A stretch of DNA of 64,000 nucleotides from the human T2T-CHM13v2.0 reference genome, Homo sapiens: assembly GCF_009914755.1 (NCBI RefSeq), contig NC_060925.1, one strand, 5' to 3'. The position numbers and the translations under genes are program-made. Below are positions 1 through 22,442 of this stretch, piece by piece (positions within the stretch are counted from its first letter, which is position 1; every line of letters starts with the position of its first letter). The notes under the pieces were generated by a model. The model worked only from the letters and a program-made list of their open reading frames with translations. It was not told the DNA's origin and did not search any database.

Positions 1-541
1 CTGGAACAATTATTTTAGAAATGCTTTTATACTAAAAATAATAACCCTTTATCATATATATTCCTAACATTTTTCTAATTTTCCTGCCTTTGAACTATAG
101 TTCAGAGGCCCCCAAACAGGCATCTTTTGCTGTAGATATGTTCCGAATGCTTAAGCAGATATCTTTTCATAGCTTATAGCCTTATTGTCAAACTAAGAAA
201 CTCTTTACCTACAGCTGGATTGCCAGTTGATCCAATACCTTTTACATGACAAACCATCCATTCCCAACTGATTGTAAATGCTACATTAATCATAAATTCC
301 CATTAATTTATAGATCAGTATCTAGACTGCTTTGTTCCACTTACCTATAATACTTATAAAAAATCTACTAGGAAACGTTCCCCCTTTTCTTTCTTTAGAA
401 CTCCCCTCAAATATTTACTTCTCCAAATCAAGTGACATCTTGAAAATATTCAAGCACATGCATATAGGAATACTGCATTCAAGTTCTGTATTTATGTCTA
501 TCTATTCAAGTTCTCTTTCACCTCTTCAATAATGCATCTAA

Positions 542-862
<321 letters not shown>

Positions 863-893
863 ATGTTTTCCCGTTTTTAAAAGTGAAAAAGTT

Positions 894-1634
<741 letters not shown>

Positions 1635-2255
1635 TTACAAAGACCAGAGGCTCTAGTCAGTCCACTGCTCCTTTATGTTGTTATCTGACCATTCATTATC
1701 TCAGACACTTACTACTGACTTCTATAAGAATCCAAAAAACAGAATTTCACTAGAAGGTGACAGTCTTGTTTCAGCTAACCATTCATGCCCAAGAGCTTAA
1801 TTACAGGGTGGACCTCAGCCCCCACCTTAGTGTCTCTCAGGTGGGTGGGATGAAGTCAGAGAAAAGGCAGTGCAGCACCAGCAACACAGGTCCATCAGGA
1901 ACTGGAGCTTTTCCTACTGTCCCTGCTTCCTCCTCCCGTGAATCCCAACAATCACAGCCACAGAAATAGTAAGCAGGAAAAAACAAGGAGGTGGCAGTAG
2001 AGGAGCCTATTTGTCTTATCACAGTTATTCATCACGTAGCTGGTTCCTCTTTTCTGCCTCTTCTTCCAGATGACCCAACTACCCTCAAACTGCCCTCCCA
2101 ACCCCGAAAGAAAGTCTCTGATTTTGTAATAGGTCAATATATACAAAAACTTCAGAGCTATTTATATTCCATTTATCAAGGACAACCTACGCTAACACAC
2201 TTGTACAACACAACTTGTAATGCTGCTTTGTTATGTCTTCAGATTCAAAAACAAT

Positions 2256-2878
2256 CTTTTCTTTTTTTTTCTTGAGACAACATCTCACTCCATCACCCAG
2301 GCTGGAGTGTAGTGGTACAATCTAGGCTCACTGCAACCTCCACCTCCTGGGTTCAAGAGATTCTCCTGCCTTAGCCTCCTGAGTAGCTGGGATTATAGGC
2401 ACCCGCCACCATGCTCAGCTAATTTTTGTTTTTAGTAGAGACGGGGTTTCACCATATTGGCCAGGCTGGTCTCGATCTCTTGACCTCAAGTGATCTGCCC
2501 GCCATGGCCTCCCAAAGTGCTAGGATTACAGGCGTGAGCCACCGCACCAGGCCCAAAGACAATCTTATGTTTTTGTTTGTGGGGTTTTGTTTTTGCTTTT
2601 TTGAGACAAGGTCTCACTCTGGCACCCAGACTGGAGTACAGTGGCATATCATAACTCAGTGTAACCTCAAACTCCTTCTGCCTCAGCCATCCCAGTAGCT
2701 AGGACTACAGGCACCATGCCCAGCTAATTTTGTTTTTTAAACTTTTTGTAGAGACAGGGTCTCACTACATTGTGCCCAGGCTGGTCTAAAATTCCTGGCC
2801 TCAAGGGATCCTCGCAACTCAGCCTCCCCAAATCCAGAGATTACAGGGATTATAGTTATAAGCCACTATAATCAGCCC
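2256..2878 (-). mobile_element. Two tandem antisense Alus (AluS about 2256-2553; AluJ about 2590-2878)
   Basis: Alu consensus on the minus strand. Confidence 0.85.
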
Positions 2879-3077
2879 GTCTTGTTTAAAAATCAAATCC
2901 CTCCCTATCAAACTCAGCTTTCTGAATCGCACTTTGTCTTTTCCAAAACATAATATTCTGAGCTCAGCAGACACTTCCTTATGCGCTGTTACGCATGTTA
3001 GCGTTGCTGGAATTACAGTAAGAATAATCATCTGCCAAGAGCCAGTTCAACCCATTTCTGATATAAAAAGCCATTTT

Positions 3078-3845
3078 AGCACTTTGGGAGGCAGAGGTGA
3101 GTGGATTACCTGAGGTCAGGAGTTCGAGACCAGCCTGACCAACAGGGTGAAACCCCACCTCTACTAAAAATGCAAAATAAATTAGCTGGGCGTGGTGGCA
3201 CACACCTGTCATCCCAGCTACTCGGGAGGCTGAGGCAGGAGAATCGCTTGAACCTGGGAGGTGGAGTGAGCCAAGATTTCACCACTGCACTCCAGCCTGG
3301 GCGACAGAGACTCCATCTCAAAAAAATAAACAATAAAATAAAATAAAAACAGAACTCTCCACTGTTGCCCACATCACCCTCCAACTACTGAGCTCCTTCT
3401 CTGAGCCCTCTAGAGCAACCTTCTTTAAGTCGTATCTACACAGGTGGTCTCCTCTTCCATCTCCTATGTTTCAATTGACTCCAATCTGGCTTTCACTCCC
3501 TACCGTGAAACCAAAAGGGCTGACCACCTAGTACCTGCAGTCCTTAAATTTAAGGAACCTTTGGCCAGGTACAGTGGCTCACACCTGTAACCCCAGCATT
3601 TTGGATAACATTAAGGCCGAGGCAGGTGGATCACTTAAGGCCAGGAGTTAGAGACCAGCGTGACCAACATGGTGAAACCCCGTCTCTATTAAAAATACAA
3701 AAATTAGCCAGGCATGGTGGCACACATCTATAATCTCAGCTACTCAAGAGGCTGAGGCAGGAGTATTGCTTGAACGTAGGAGGCGGAGGTTGCAGTGAGC
3801 CCAGATCGCGCTACTGCACTCCAGCCACGGCAACAGAGTGAGACT
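3078..3845 (+). mobile_element. Two sense Alus (about 3078-3347, 5'-truncated; about 3562-3845)
   Basis: Alu consensus. Confidence 0.85.
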
Positions 3846-4399
3846 TAAGGGAACCCTTTCCCCACCCCCATTCACCTGACTCCTCAACTGCACCCTACAC
3901 TGTCACATCCCACCTCTCCGTGTCTCCTCGATCTAACCTCTAATAGCTGGGCACCCCACCTCTCCTTTTAATAACCCCTCCACCGACCATCACAAAAACA
4001 GAAAGACCAAGACTTCCAGACTGGACTCCAGGCCAACAGGCTGTTAGCCGGCGGTTGGCACTTAGTTGCCCTATACCCATTTTGAGCTTCAGATATTCAA
4101 GGCATGGCTCTGCACAGCCAACAGATTTGCCTCCCCTCAGTGCTCAACATCACCACCCTCTACATGTGCAAAGCACACACAGAAATCATCCTGGCCTCCT
4201 TCCTTTCCCTACTCCCCTACACCCGGTCCATCAGCAACCTGGCTGACTCTACCACCCATTTCTTCCCATTTCCTTAGTCTCCATCCTCAGCCAAACCACG
4301 CCATTTCTCATCAACAGTCTCCTTAAAATGACCTCTGTCTCAATCTGTGCCCCCGACAATCCATTTTTCATTCAGCAATCTGAACAATCTTTTTTCTTT

Positions 4400-4671
4400 T
4401 TTTTTTTTTCTTAAGACAGGGTCTCGCTCTGTTGCCCAGACTCGAGTACAGTTGTGTGATCATAGCTCACTGCAAACTCCAACTCCTGGGCTGAAGCGAT
4501 GCTCCCTCCTCAGCCTCCCCAGTAGCTGGAACTACAAGTGTATGCTACAATGCCCAGCTAATTTTTTCTTTTAAGTAGAGACAGAGTCTTGAACTCCTGG
4601 GCTCAAGCAATCTTCCTGTCTCAACCTCCCAAACTGTTAGGACTATAAGCATGAACCACTGCACCCAGCCT
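4400..4671 (-). mobile_element. AluJ-like
   Basis: Diverged Alu consensus. Confidence 0.8.
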
Positions 4672-4923
4672 CAACAATCTTTTAAAATTCACCTTTTGTC
4701 ACTTGAGGCTTAAAATTTTTCAACGGCTTCCCACTGCATCAAGGAAAACATCCAAGCTCTCTGCCAGTTTGGAAACTAGAGAATGCACCATCTGCACGAG
4801 GACCCTCACCTGGTATAAATCAAGACTGTCCTGGGCAAACTGGGCCTCTGGCACCTGCCTGAGGCCGTGTGGCCAAGGCCTGGCTTCCACCCCTACCTCT
4901 GCCCTACAGCTTTGCTCCTGTGT

Positions 4924-4997
4924 GCTGAGCTTCACCCGCTGTCCCTTCCGCAGGACCTCTGCTGAGCTTCGCCTGCTGTCCCTTCCGCAGGGCCTCT
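4924..4997. repeat. 37-bp tandem duplication
   Basis: gctgagcttc(a/g)cc(c/t)gctgtcccttccgcagg(a/g)cctct present twice. Confidence 0.85.
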
Positions 4998-5359
4998 GCA
5001 ATCACTGCCCTCTCCACCTGAAGCATAGGGGCTCCTTGCCTACCTGGTTCCTTCTCATCCTTCAGGCCTTTACTCTAAATACCCTAAACAATACCCTAAA
5101 CCAAGTGCCCTCTCCACCCAACAGCTCACAGCACCTACCACAGGCCCAAACTTCGCTTCTTCCAGTTCGCCATCTCCCCACAGAGAATGAACCACCAGTT
5201 GCAACTTCTCGGTACTCAACCATCACCAAGCACAGTGTCTTGCTCAAAGTAAGTATTTGGTAAATATTTGTTAAAGAGTTCACTCCATCCCACAGATACC
5301 ATATTATTAACTGGGCATCCTAAAGCAGGAAGTTCTTGAGGTCACACAGTATAGGAAAG

Positions 5360-5981
5360 GCTGTGATGAAAAATGGCCACGGTTTCTGCAAGTCCCACCA
5401 TTAAGGACCAGAGTCTATCTCCTACTCTCCAAGCCTGTGCTAAGCCTTGTTTTTTTTTTTTTCTTCATTTTCGGTAGAGATGCGGTCTCACTATGTTGTC
5501 CAGGCTGGTTTCAAACTCCTGGCCTCAAGCCATCCTCCCACCTTGGCCTCCCAAAGGGCTGGGATTACAGGCATGAGGCAGCACTCCTGGCCTATGCTAG
5601 GCCTCATAACTTGCAATAAGCAAGGGAATGCAACAGAGGTGACACTGTGACTTCTAAACATGTCCTCAAGTAGCCTGTCAAACTCTGCTCCTGCCCTTTT
5701 GGAATTCAGCCACTATGGGAGGAAGCCTGAGCTAGACTGTTGGAGAGGCAGGCTGAGGAGATCAGAGGCACCCTGGCTGAAAGCCCATGTGGGTGAGGGC
5801 AATGGGAAGCACAAGCCAGCCTACCTGCCAACTGTTAATTGCCCTTGCTAGCGTGGCCAGCACAGTGAACAGAGATGAGCCCTGCCCACATCCATACTCC
5901 CACATGATGATGAACAAGGACTTACTGTTTTAAGTCGCTTCATTTTGGGGTAGTTTGTTACCCAGGAGCATATAACTGATG
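5360..5981 (+). mobile_element. MaLR LTR (MLT1-type) interrupted by an Alu monomer (about 5447-5592)
   Basis: MLT1-like 3' end tgttttaagtcgct...tttggggtagtttgttac...ataactga. Confidence 0.6.
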
Positions 5982-6020
5982 TAAGGCCATGACAATATGC
6001 TCTTCTTAAACTTGGCGCCG

Positions 6021-6215
6021 AGACTGGACGCAGTGGCTCACACCTGCAATCCCAGCACTTCGGGAGGCCGAGGTGGGCGGGTCACCTGTAATCCCAGCTA
6101 CTCAGGAGGCTGAGGCAGAAGAATTGCTTGAACCCCAGAGGCAGAGGTTACAGTGAGCCAAGATGGTGCCACTGCACTCCAGCCTGGGCGACAGAGCAAG
6201 ACTCCATCTTAAATA
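6021..6215 (+). mobile_element. Internally deleted Alu
   Basis: Left-arm start fused to the right arm at cacctgtaatccc; TSD aaacttggc(g/a)ccga. Confidence 0.8.
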
Positions 6216-6581
6216 AACTTGGCACCGAGACTGCTGGACTGGACAATTCTCCATGGTGGAGCAGGATCCCTGTGGCACACCCCAGCTGTCACAACCACCA
6301 ATGTATCCAGGCAGGCAGCGTGGGGACTAAATACAAGAGGGAACGCATACCTGCCTCTAGGGGACTCAGCACTTTCACAGGGGAAGGAAAGATTCCCTGC
6401 TTTGGAGGCATTCTTTATGTCTTCTCATTGACTTCTGATCTAGGTTACTGGTCCCCAAGGACAGTCAGTGGAACAAATGCTGGCAGCAGCCTCGATCCAT
6501 CCCTGTGGAAGCTACCGAGGACAACACTCTTCAGTTCCCACAAAAGAAAGACTAGCAAAGCATAAACACAACGCGCCTCCT

Positions 6582-7208
<627 letters not shown>

Positions 7209-7253
7209 GTGCCTCCTGAGCTTCGTTCTGTGAAGCATCCAGAATCCTTACAG

Positions 7254-7564
7254 CAGCGGTCGCCAACCTTTTTGATGCCAGGGACCGGTTTTGTGAAGGA
7301 CAATTTTTCCACAGACAGAGGGGATGGTTTTGGGATGAAACTGTTCCACCTCAGATCATCAGGCATTAGATTCTCATAAGGAGTGCACAGCCTACATCCC
7401 TCGCGTGTGCAGTTCATGACGGGGTTCACGCTCCTATGAGAATCTAACACTGCCGCTGATCTGACAGGAGGTGGAGCTCAGGTGGGAATGCTCGCTTGCC
7501 CACCTCTCACCTGCTGTGCAGCCCGGCTCCTAAGAGACCACAGCCCAGGAGTTGGGGGCCCATG
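7254..7564. mobile_element. MER1B-like hAT-Charlie MITE
   Basis: cagcggtcgccaaccttttt...ttagattctcataaggag...gttgggggcccatg; terminal inverted repeats and an internal palindrome. Confidence 0.8.
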
Positions 7565-7569
7565 CTTAG

Positions 7570-8068
<499 letters not shown>

Positions 8069-8214
8069 CCTTTTTCTATGTAAATTATCTTACAAGTTTC
8101 TTCAACCTCCAACAGAGACTTCATTTCACAAGGCTGGCCACAAGGGGAATGGGAAGACATGGAAGGCAAGAGAGCTAGAAACACAAGGGGCGAAGGATGA
8201 AGCTCTAGGAACTT

Positions 8215-8622
8215 TAGCAGGTTCAACAGTGTCCCCCCCCCAAAATTCATGTCTACCTGGAACCTGGGAATGTGACCTTATTTGGAGCGTCTTTCCAGGT
8301 ATGATTAGTTAAGTTAAAACGAGGTCATACTGAATTAGGGTGGCCCTAATCTAATAACTATGTCCTTATAAGGTGAGTAGAGACACTGAGAAAAGCCCAC
8401 GTAAAACAGAGGTAGAGAGTGACTCCTCTACAAGCCACACTGCTGGCACCCACCAGAAGCCAGAAAGAAGAAAGGAAGTGTCCTCCCTTGGAGCCTTCAG
8501 AAGCACTGGGGCCCTGCCAACACCTTGATTTCAGACTTCTGTCCTCCAGAACTGAGGGAATCAATTCATTCTGAGCCATCCAACTTGTGATGATTTGCTA
8601 CAGCAGCCACAGGAAACTAACA
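8215..8622 (+). mobile_element. MaLR solo LTR (MLT1B/C/D-like)
   Basis: ccccaaaattcatgt...aatgtgaccttatttgga...gccaacaccttgatttcagacttct...acagcagccacaggaaactaa. Confidence 0.8.
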
Positions 8623-8704
8623 TTGTGTCATTTCTGAAGACCTTTACTAAGCCAGAACCACAAGGGTAGAAATCAAGTGCCCAGATCAGCTTGGAGAAGG
8701 ACTT

Positions 8705-9058
8705 GTTTTTTTTTAATAGAGACAGGGCTGGAGTGCAGTCGTACAATCAGGTCACTGCAGCCTCGAACTCCTGGGTTCAAGCAATCCTCCCACCTTAGCC
8801 TCCTGGATAGCTGGGACTACAGGTGTACACCATCAGGCCCAGCTAAGAAAAAGAGAGAGCAAGAGAGAGGACATGCATGTGCACACGAGAGAGAGAGAGA
8901 GAGAGAGAGCGAGCGTGCATGGCCACGTGCACGAGCCAGTGAGCAAGCGCACACACATGCAAAAATGGGGTCTCACTATGTTGCCTAGGCTGGTCTCAAT
9001 CTTCCCACCTCAGCCTCCCAAAGTGATAAGTGTCATAGGCATAAGCCACCACACCCAG
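8705..9058 (-). mobile_element. AluJ with a (GA)n/CA-rich microsatellite in its linker (about 8850-8960)
   Basis: Alu arms flank gagagagaga runs. Confidence 0.75.
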
Positions 9059-9396
9059 TCAATGGAGAAGCATTTCAGGAATGAAGGCAGAGTCAAACAC
9101 CATCAGTAGTAGCGGTACTGGAAGCTAACACTTTGAGGTCTTGCTTGGCTTGAAGCTAAGAATTTTATTTGTAGCATGTCATTCAGTCCTCACAACAATC
9201 CTGGAAGACAAGAAAACTAAGGTAGAGACGTTCAGTAACTTGCTCCAGACCTCAAATCTGAGTTGGCAGAACCAGGATGTCCAGCACGTGGATTCAGGTA
9301 CAAGAAATACCACTGATATCTACATAATTACTACTCATGTTTTCCAAGATGAATGACATTTGGAAACAATTACAAAGTAGAAAAATCACAATTTTA

Positions 9397-9742
<346 letters not shown>

Positions 9743-11610
9743 GGACCCCCAATCCGAGGAAAAACATCTCTATACACACATGCATGAGAGATACAAAACA
9801 CTAGAAGAAATATAATAATCTTACATGGTTATTTCCTGATTGAGAGATTATAGATTTTTGCTGTATGTTCCTAATTTCCCTTTTTTATAAAATTTTATTT
9901 ATTTTTTTAAAAATAGAGACAGGGTCTAGCTGTGTTGCCCAGGCTGGTCTCAAACTCCTGGCCTCAAGTGATTCTCCTGCCTCAGCCTCCCAAAGTGCTA
10001 AGATTACAGGCATGAGCCACCATGCCAAGCCCCTAATTTACTACAATGAACATTTTAGATGTTTTTATTAGCAAAATGAAGAAGCTGAAAATAAAACTGA
10101 GACAACAGGAACAAGATCTCCAGAGAAAGGATAGGATAGATGGTGGAGGCAATGGAAACAGACTGCCTGTTGGGGAGTTTAAAGAGAGAAAAACAAGAAG
10201 AGTGGCTAGAATAGATAGCAAGATTAACTGGGTGTTGAGTTACATAAGATTTAGGCATGTTTGAAGGTATAATAGAGTAGCCACTGACAAAACTGTTGGT
10301 AACTGTTTTCCAGTGGAAAAATGTTCCTTTTACTAACATAGGAAGAGGCAAATGCAGACACAGAAGTCTTCTCAGATGAATGAGGAGAAAGAGCTCACAC
10401 CAGCAGGTCTATAATGCATAGGCTCCAGGAGCAATGACCCAAGAACTAAGTTCACTGTCACCACGGCCAACTGTCTAATCTCCCTGTAGATCCAGTCATC
10501 TGTAAGATGGAGCTATTAACAGCACCTATCAGAGCTGATGTGAGGACCACGCAGTAATAGCATAGTTCCCAGCATGGTGCCTGGTGCAAGAAAGATACCC
10601 AACAAATGCGAGCTAATGGCACAGGCATCTTCAACAGGGCAAAACGCAAGTGCACCAACTGCCATGGGAGTGTCAGGCAGAGGGACTGGAAGGCTAAGGT
10701 TGTAGGGAATTTATTTCAACAGGAAAACCTTCAAGTACCTCTCCCAACACACTTTACATAATATGTATGCCAAGCGGGGATTAACCAATTTTCCAGGACT
10801 TATTTCAATTCCAAGTCCAAGCACAGCCCTGACTTGGGGCTTCTCCTGCCTGGAACCCTCTTTTCCCAGATGTCTGTCTGGTTTGTCTTCTCACCTCCTC
10901 CTACTCTCTCCTCAAATGTTTGGACCACCCTTTTCAACATGGAAGCACCAGCAATGCCTAGAGCCCTACAGCAGACTCGTCCGCCATCTTTTTCAGCACA
11001 CAGCCTTTTCCACTGTCGCATAGGTAACATTCCTCTCACCAAGGCAAGTTGGCATCTCTTATTCACTGCCCATCACCTGCCTCTCCTTGGCACATCTTTG
11101 GCCCTGAATACGCATTTTACAAAAGATCTCTCCTCTCTTCCCCTTTATGGGCGCTGCCCTCTCAGTATTCCCATCTAAAATCCATGCAGACAGAGCCTCC
11201 CCTAGCCCCACACTTCTCTCTCCGACTACTTTCCTACAAGACTCTCCTCACCCCACTGGAACTCACTGGCCCTCAGCAATCTCTACCACTGACGAATCCA
11301 TCTCCAACTTCGGACCATTCCCTCTGCTCTCAGAATACCTTCTGTGGGTTCTGCGACACTAGTGCTGAGAGTCTCCCAAAGTCTGGTCACTCCTTTAAGT
11401 GTTTCTCTTCCTCTGCACATCCCTAACACAAGGGCCTCTTCTCAAGCTACACCAACGGGTCTTCACCTCTGACAAATCTCTGAGTTCTCCTCCCCAGGAA
11501 AAGGCACAATCCTACAGTACTGCACATGGGGGCAGGGACAGGGTGCCTGTCTCCAGCTGAGAACTTCTCTGGTCCCCACAGGTGCCCTGGGCCTGGCCCA
11601 TTCTCTAAAC

Positions 11611-13089
<1,479 letters not shown>

Positions 13090-13813
13090 CTCTAAGTGAC
13101 CACTGCTCCCCAAGACTTCAATCATCACCCAAATGTTGCTAACTCCCAAAGGCCTGCCTCCATCCAGACCTATCTTCCAGAGCTCCCCACTCACAGGCAC
13201 AGGAGTCACTACGTCAGCATTTACTGTGTACCGTTTTAGGGGCTGGTCTGCAGTGAACCAGACTGCCTGTGTCCATGGAGCTTAGAAGAAGTGGGAAGAG
13301 CATTATCAGGCTACGAAGACAGAGTGGGGTAAAACAGCAGAGATCAATGAGATCAGAGCACACCCTCGGAGGAAGGGATACATGACAAATGCCTGAACGG
13401 AGAGAGGGAGTGAACTGTGCAAACACACAGCCAGGAGTTTTCCAAGGACAGGGAGGAGAAAGTATAAGGCCTGCTGTACCCTCGATGCAAAACATGAGAA
13501 AGCCTCAGAGACTCCTCAAACCCAACACACACAAACTAAACTCATCATGACCCACAGCCACCCAGAGGGCAGACGGAAACCTGTGGTCATTTACATCTTT
13601 CTCGCCACTCTCGCCTTCCCTTCGGTCACCAGGTCTTATCAGTCGTCAACCTGGTCCAGACCCCTTTCCTCTTCTACAGCAGCTTTGCCAACTGACTAGA
13701 GTCCCCTCCCTCCCCTGAGCACTCTACGCTCAACTACCAAGTAATGATCCCCATCAGATCAATCTCCTTAAAACTCTTTCAAGGCTTCCTGGAGCTCTCG
13801 AGGTAAAAGTTCA

Positions 13814-15699
<1,886 letters not shown>

Positions 15700-15924
15700 C
15701 CTTTCAAGAAAAGATAAGGATGTGAGAGATTTAGTAGAAAGTAAGGCAGTAAATAAGTGATAGGGATTTGCAAAGATAGCTAATATGCATGTTCCACACC
15801 CTGAATTAATATTCTTCTGGAACCATGGAGAAAAAAAGAAAAATCTCAGTAAACTGTCATCTTATAACATTTGTTAACCTTGCCATAAAAGAAATTTTTA
15901 CAAAGCAAGGCCATCAGCAACAGA

Positions 15925-16225
15925 AATAGCTAATCCTTGCACTGAGCTCTGTTATCAGTGCCCACATCAGGACTCATTTAATCCTCACAATGACCCCATG
16001 AAGGAGGCTCTAGGAGCCTGTTTCACAGATAAGGACAGACACAGAAGTCCTAACACTGCAGGTGGCCTAAATTAAGGCAGGCTCAGGGAGGACAGAAAGC
16101 TCCTGTGGAGTGGAAGGGTAGAAGTTGAACTGATCTTGATTTTCAGTGCGAATAAAAGTCCTAACACTGCAAATCAGCCAGTGAGGCAACAGAGCTGAGC
16201 TGGGCTCTAACTCAGACAGTGCCAA
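15925..16225. mobile_element. MIR SINE interrupted by the 28S retrocopy
   Basis: MIR core-like sequence ctcatttaatcctcacaa...tttcacagataagga. Confidence 0.55.
16061..16155 (+). pseudogene. 28S (LSU) rRNA fragment retrocopy, tailless, with 16-bp target-site duplication
   Basis: Similar to recalled 28S sequence GCTCAGGGAGGACAGAAACCTCCCGTGGAG...TGATCTTGATTTTCAGTACGAATA; flanked by identical AAGTCCTAACACTGCA at 16045-16060 and 16156-16171. Confidence 0.85.
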
Positions 16226-16316
16226 TCCTTTTGAAAACTACTGAATTTCTCTCACTCCCTAGATTTTAGGAATTATTTTAAAATTCCTATGAGAAATTTT
16301 CTGAAACCTATTGTAG

Positions 16317-19400
<3,084 letters not shown>

Positions 19401-20028
19401 AAACCAGTTTAAAATTTTATAAAAATTTTTGTTCCATGTCTTGTGAGACTTACACTAAATAGGGGTTTCAAAATAACATGGCCTGCCATATGGTCAAGCC
19501 AGATTTAAAAATTGAGAATATCTATTACCAATCCACTAATGCTAAAGCCAAAGTCACAGACAGTAAGAATGTAATCCAATTTAGAGACCAACATGAGCCA
19601 AATCTTTCGGGCAGAGAAAAACAACGACAAAACTATAATAAATGCCAACACTGCACTTCTAAAATAATACCAATGTTATTCATTAAAGTATTAGCTACAA
19701 AAAGTCAACTGATGGTAGATGAAGTCTAGAGATGCCCTGAAGACCTTTTTCATCCTTTTATCAAAGCTGTTTTTAGCTACAAAGCTACAACTTTTCCAGT
19801 GGACCAACACACACATAAAATAAACCAAAAGACCCAGAAATTTTTAGCAAAGCAAAGGGAAGAGAACAAAGCTCTGGTACTTTTGCAGGATAGTACAACA
19901 TCTCCTTTGAGAAATAAATTAACTTTTCAAATTCTGTTTCTCAAGTGATCAACATAAATCTACCTAGATGATACTAGCTTTGAAATCAAAGTCATTGGGC
20001 ATCAAAAGGATTTACAGAGGTTTTTACT

Positions 20029-22065
20029 CTTTTGAGACACAGTCTCACTCTGTCGCCCAGTGGCACAATCTCGGCTCACCGCAACCCCTGCCTCCCGGGT
20101 TCAAGCGATTCCCGTGCCTAAACCTCCCGAGTAGCTGGGATTACAGGCGCCCACCACCACGCCGGCTAATTTTAATATTTTTAGTAGATACGAGGTTTCG
20201 CTATGTTGGCCAGACTGGTCTCAAACTCCCAGCCTCATGTGATCCGCCCGCCTCCACCTCCCAAAGTGCTGGGATTACAGGCGTGAGCCACCACACCCAG
20301 TGGGTTTTACTCTTAAAAACAAACAACAAAAAAACCACACACTATTCTGCAGTCTCTTGAATCTTCTAAGATTAAAATTAAATCTGAGAAAATTTACTTC
20401 AACTTTCCCACCCACCAAAAAAACAGAATTAACTGAAGATATCAAAGAAAAAACAATATTTTAAAGGTATCACTGAAGAGCACTGTCAGTACTTGTCTGA
20501 TGAGATAACTATGGTTCTGTCATAAATTCAGATTACGCGAGAGAAATAGCTTTTGGCCAGTGGATGTGCTCTTTTGAGAAAGTCAATTCTGAGCTGAAAT
20601 TTCATGTTGGAACAGTTTCCTCTATAAGACTCATCTTGAAAGGTTCCCGCAGAAGATAAAATGTCATCCTCACACTGGGCCTGGGCAGTGCGCACTTAAC
20701 TGGGAGGGGGCACAGGCACCTCAGAACTTAACTGGTTTTCCAAACTCTCAATCTCAAAAAAAAAAAAAAAGGCGGGCGGGGGGAGCACTTTCAGTGTTGA
20801 TGAAACCAAATGCTCGTAACCTGGGACCACCGCCCAACACCTGCAGTCCAGCCTTCCCCCAGGGTTGACAGCATCAGCCTCTGGACCCTGCAGTTGCAGT
20901 TCATTTCTGCGCAGCTCTAATCGTTAGAAAGTTCTGCCTTACCGGCTGGGCGCGGTGGCTCACGCTCGTAATCCCAGCACTTTGGCAGATCAAGGCGGGT
21001 GAATCACCTGAGGTCTGGAGTTGGAGACCAGCTTGGCCAACATGGTGAAACCCTATCTCTACTAAAAATACAAAAAATTAGCCGGGTGTGGTGGTGGTAG
21101 CTGTAATCCCAGCTACTCGGGAGGCTGAGGCAAGAGAATCACTTGAACCCGGGGGCGCGGAGGTTGCAATGAGCCGAGATCGCGCCACTGCACTCCAGCC
21201 TGGGCAACAAGAGCGAAACTCCATCTCAAAAAGTAAAGAAAGTTCTGCCTTAGCATAAACCAAGACAAAACCCACCATTCAGTCCTACCCTGGGGAGGCT
21301 CTCAGACCTGTCTCCATGTCAGTGGCACCACCTCCATCCCCAGCCTCGAACCCAGCGTTAGCAAAGAAGGAACCGCCTATCCACTTTCTTGATATACATA
21401 CCTTCCCAAAGAATCCAGAATAGACTATGCATGTCAATAGCATGAAAATTAAAACCTTACTTTCAATAAAGAGCTCCTCCCTCTCCCAAAAGACTATCAC
21501 TTCAGATTAGAAAATAACTTATGCAAAAACCTTATCAATAACAATGCTTGCTCCAAAGACCTTATTCAGTATGCAGTTCACTGAAACTTTCCACAAAACT
21601 AATACGTCCATTTGCTAATCATGAAAAATAATCTTCATATTTTCTTAATTAATAATCTCACCAGCAACTGCTTAATCACCTAATACTATTTGAGACTAAT
21701 GTTATCAGATAGATAGCAACATGAAAATACAATGAACCAATGCTCCCCAAAAGAAAACCATAGGTTACCATTTCTACACTATTTACCCATAAGTCCAGTA
21801 CTGTACACCCTAACTGTAAATGTACACCAACTCCCTTTTCAAAACACAAATTTTAACATCGGCGTTTTCCTTCAGGAGCCCATTTCACAATCTTAAGAAA
21901 AAGCTTCCATGAAGACAGGCTGGGCACGGTGGCTAAGGCCGCTAATCCCAGCACTTTGGGAGGCTGAGGCGGGAGGATCGCTTGAGCCCCAGAGTTCGAG
22001 ACCAGCCTGGTTAACAGGATCTCTTTTACAAAGAGATCCCATCTCTTAAAAAAAAAAAAAAAAAA
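20029..22065. mobile_element. Alus: 20029-20300 (-), 20944-21232 (+, TSD agaaagttctgcctta), FLAM-like 21918-22065 (+)
   Basis: Alu consensus. Confidence 0.85.
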
Positions 22066-22430
22066 GGCTTCCATGAAGATGAATTAAGCAAACAAAAGCT
22101 GATACTGCTTCTGCATGCTAACCATGTAATTTAACGGACACAAGAAATGTTAAAATATCATTTGAATCAACTATCGATTCACAAGAAAAAATATAGCAGG
22201 TTCTTAAAAGTCAAAAGCCTCAGCCGACAGCCCTGTGGAATTTTCAACAGATCTCCCCACTCCCCACCCCCACCCCGCTTCCAGCCGAAAAGCCGATCCA
22301 GGCAAGAGGAAGACACCCAGCCTTTGTGCTATTTCCTGTCCTCTCCCCCACCTTCGGGCCTTCGGAATATCGCAAACCGGGCCCCGAAACTCGGCGCGGC
22401 GGCGGCCGCCCCACAAAGGCAGCGGTGGGA

Positions 22431-22442
22431 GCGCCATCTTGG
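22431..22442 (-). promoter_or_regulatory. YY1-type motif (CAAGATGGCG) in GNB1 intron 1
   Basis: Plus strand gcgccatcttgg matches the YY1 core CGCCATNTT, downstream of the TSS where such sites typically sit. Confidence 0.5.
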
